Below, one piece after another: positions 63,176-64,000 of a stretch of 64,000 nt of DNA. Every line of letters begins with the position of its first letter. Position 1 is the stretch's first letter. The stretch is from the NCBI GenBank assembly GCA_028023455.1, contig JAQFVV010000009.1, forward strand, positions 124,001 to 188,000, read 5' to 3'. This stretch comes from Epiperipatus broadwayi. Taxonomy: Eukaryota > Animalia > Onychophora. Position numbers and translations under genes: made by a program. Below the pieces are notes generated by a model. The model was not told where the DNA came from. It saw only the letters and a program-made list of their open reading frames with translations, and did no database searches.

Positions 63176-63624
63176 TATAATTCTTTTCTAATAATAAGCT
63201 TCACTGTTTTGCGTAAAGTACAATTTAAAACTTATCTTAAATTTTATTATATTATTAAACTTTTTAGTAATTTTAATTATTATTTTATTCATACTTTTTA
63301 TAATACTATTATTATAAGTTTTAATACCTATATATTTATTCTTATTTTATTTTTTCTACATACTATCTCTATTTTTATTAATTTTTTCTTCTGATTATAC
63401 TTTCTTCTATAACTTTTTCTGGATATTCATTATCTTTAAACTCTTCAATTATCAATTCTATCTGTTTATTATAATCTTTTTTATTTGAACAATAATTCCA
63501 AGCTCTATATATTATTGAATTTATACTACTAATTTTATATTTAATATCTATATTCAAATTCCAATTACTTATATTACTATCTATATTTATTTTTTATATA
63601 CAGATGTTTCTATCCTGCATTTAT

Positions 63625-63735
63625 CATTTTATATATTAGATAATAAATATGTGAAAAAAGTAGAAAAATGCATAAATGGAGTATATAAAATTGAATGCAA
63701 GTCATTAAAATTAAAAATATATAAACTAATTATTG
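63625..63735 (+). mobile_element. Inverted duplicate of the Penelope GIY-YIG start
   Basis: atatattagataataaatatgtgaaaaaagtagaaaaatgcat... is the reverse complement of ~62830-62930 and reads KYVKKVEKCINGVYKIECKS. Confidence 0.8.
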
Positions 63736-64000
63736 ATCTGATTGGCTAAGCGCTTGAGAGGTTTGCACTCTCTCAGTTTAATTTCAATACCATCTGCGCT
63801 TTGTAAAATAAATATTATTTACATATATTGCTGCAAGTTATAACATCTTAAAACTACTGCGTAGTAAATCGAAAGATTTCACGCTGTATGTTTATAATTA
63901 GAACTCAGTGAGTTGAGTGTGAAGATATTTAAGATTCACGTTTTCAGATCTGAGTACTTTGGACTGGCTTGGATATATAGAAAGACAAGAAAAGATAAGA

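Larger units (their letters stand above)
62972..63232. mobile_element. 261-bp inverted pLTR mini-insertion carrying two head-to-head hammerhead-like motifs
   Basis: 14-bp TSD tatcttaaatttta at 62958-62971 and 63233-63246; palindrome 63008-63234 with an 8-nt loop (agacgata); 36-nt unpaired tail. Removing it rejoins the Penelope coding sequence, apart from one frameshift. Confidence 0.85.
61740..63610 (-). mobile_element. Penelope-like element in partial-tandem layout: RT thumb, GIY-YIG, pLTR, probable 5' intron and N-terminal ORF remnant
   Basis: Thumb TSVYKK...YKISSINSIIYRAWNYCS...FKDNEYP (~63610-63380); GIY-YIG VYIIECKSC...YVGETKKSIYTRLIQH...HSLETGHRF...KIKEAILI...PNLNRDFG (~62909-62600); AG|GTGAGT at 62443-62450. 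Confidence 0.85.

Noticed and set aside
63745-63790. Sixth hammerhead-like motif on the minus strand
   Set aside because: It has AAGCGCUUAGCC and a GAGAG/CUCUC stem but lacks GAAA and a pairing stem I; too degenerate to call.
56213-64000. Preceding eIF3e exon (LREKR...MFEDP-like)
   Set aside because: Not found; presumably right of the window. Acceptor-like sites at ~57909 and ~61089 are on the wrong strand.
1-64000. Intronic C/D or H/ACA snoRNAs in this translation-factor gene
   Set aside because: No C box/D box pair with suitable spacing and a terminal stem was seen by eye; tgatga runs are LINE tails. A snoscan or Infernal run is needed to exclude them.

Overview
AT-rich animal genomic DNA, probably from an invertebrate with a large genome; the taxon cannot be determined from this window. 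The whole window lies inside one minus-strand gene, eIF3 subunit E (eIF3e/Int6). Four coding exons were found by eye (56170-56212, 44549-44653, 29222-29347, 17872-17996). All have GT-AG boundaries and join in frame, and their lengths (43/105/126/125 nt) match my recollection of human EIF3E exons 4-7. The 11-18 kb introns are filled with decayed, nested mobile elements: a Ty3/gypsy provirus with a nested solo LTR, several Penelope-like (GIY-YIG) insertions, three Merlin (IS1595/ISXO2-like) transposase remnants plus a Merlin-related MITE, a PHD+esterase-ORF1 LINE family, RTE LINEs and palindromic MITEs. The most unusual signal is a set of Penelope-associated minimal hammerhead-ribozyme-like motifs. 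In them the canonical core CUGANGA is replaced by AUGANUA(U), an A3-U8 compensatory swap of the C3-G8 pair, and three unrelated stem II sequences still base-pair. One 261-bp insertion is little more than two such motifs head-to-head, flanked by a 14-bp target duplication. Coordinates were counted by hand; exon and TSD boundaries are exact to my count, while the ends of decayed elements are approximate.
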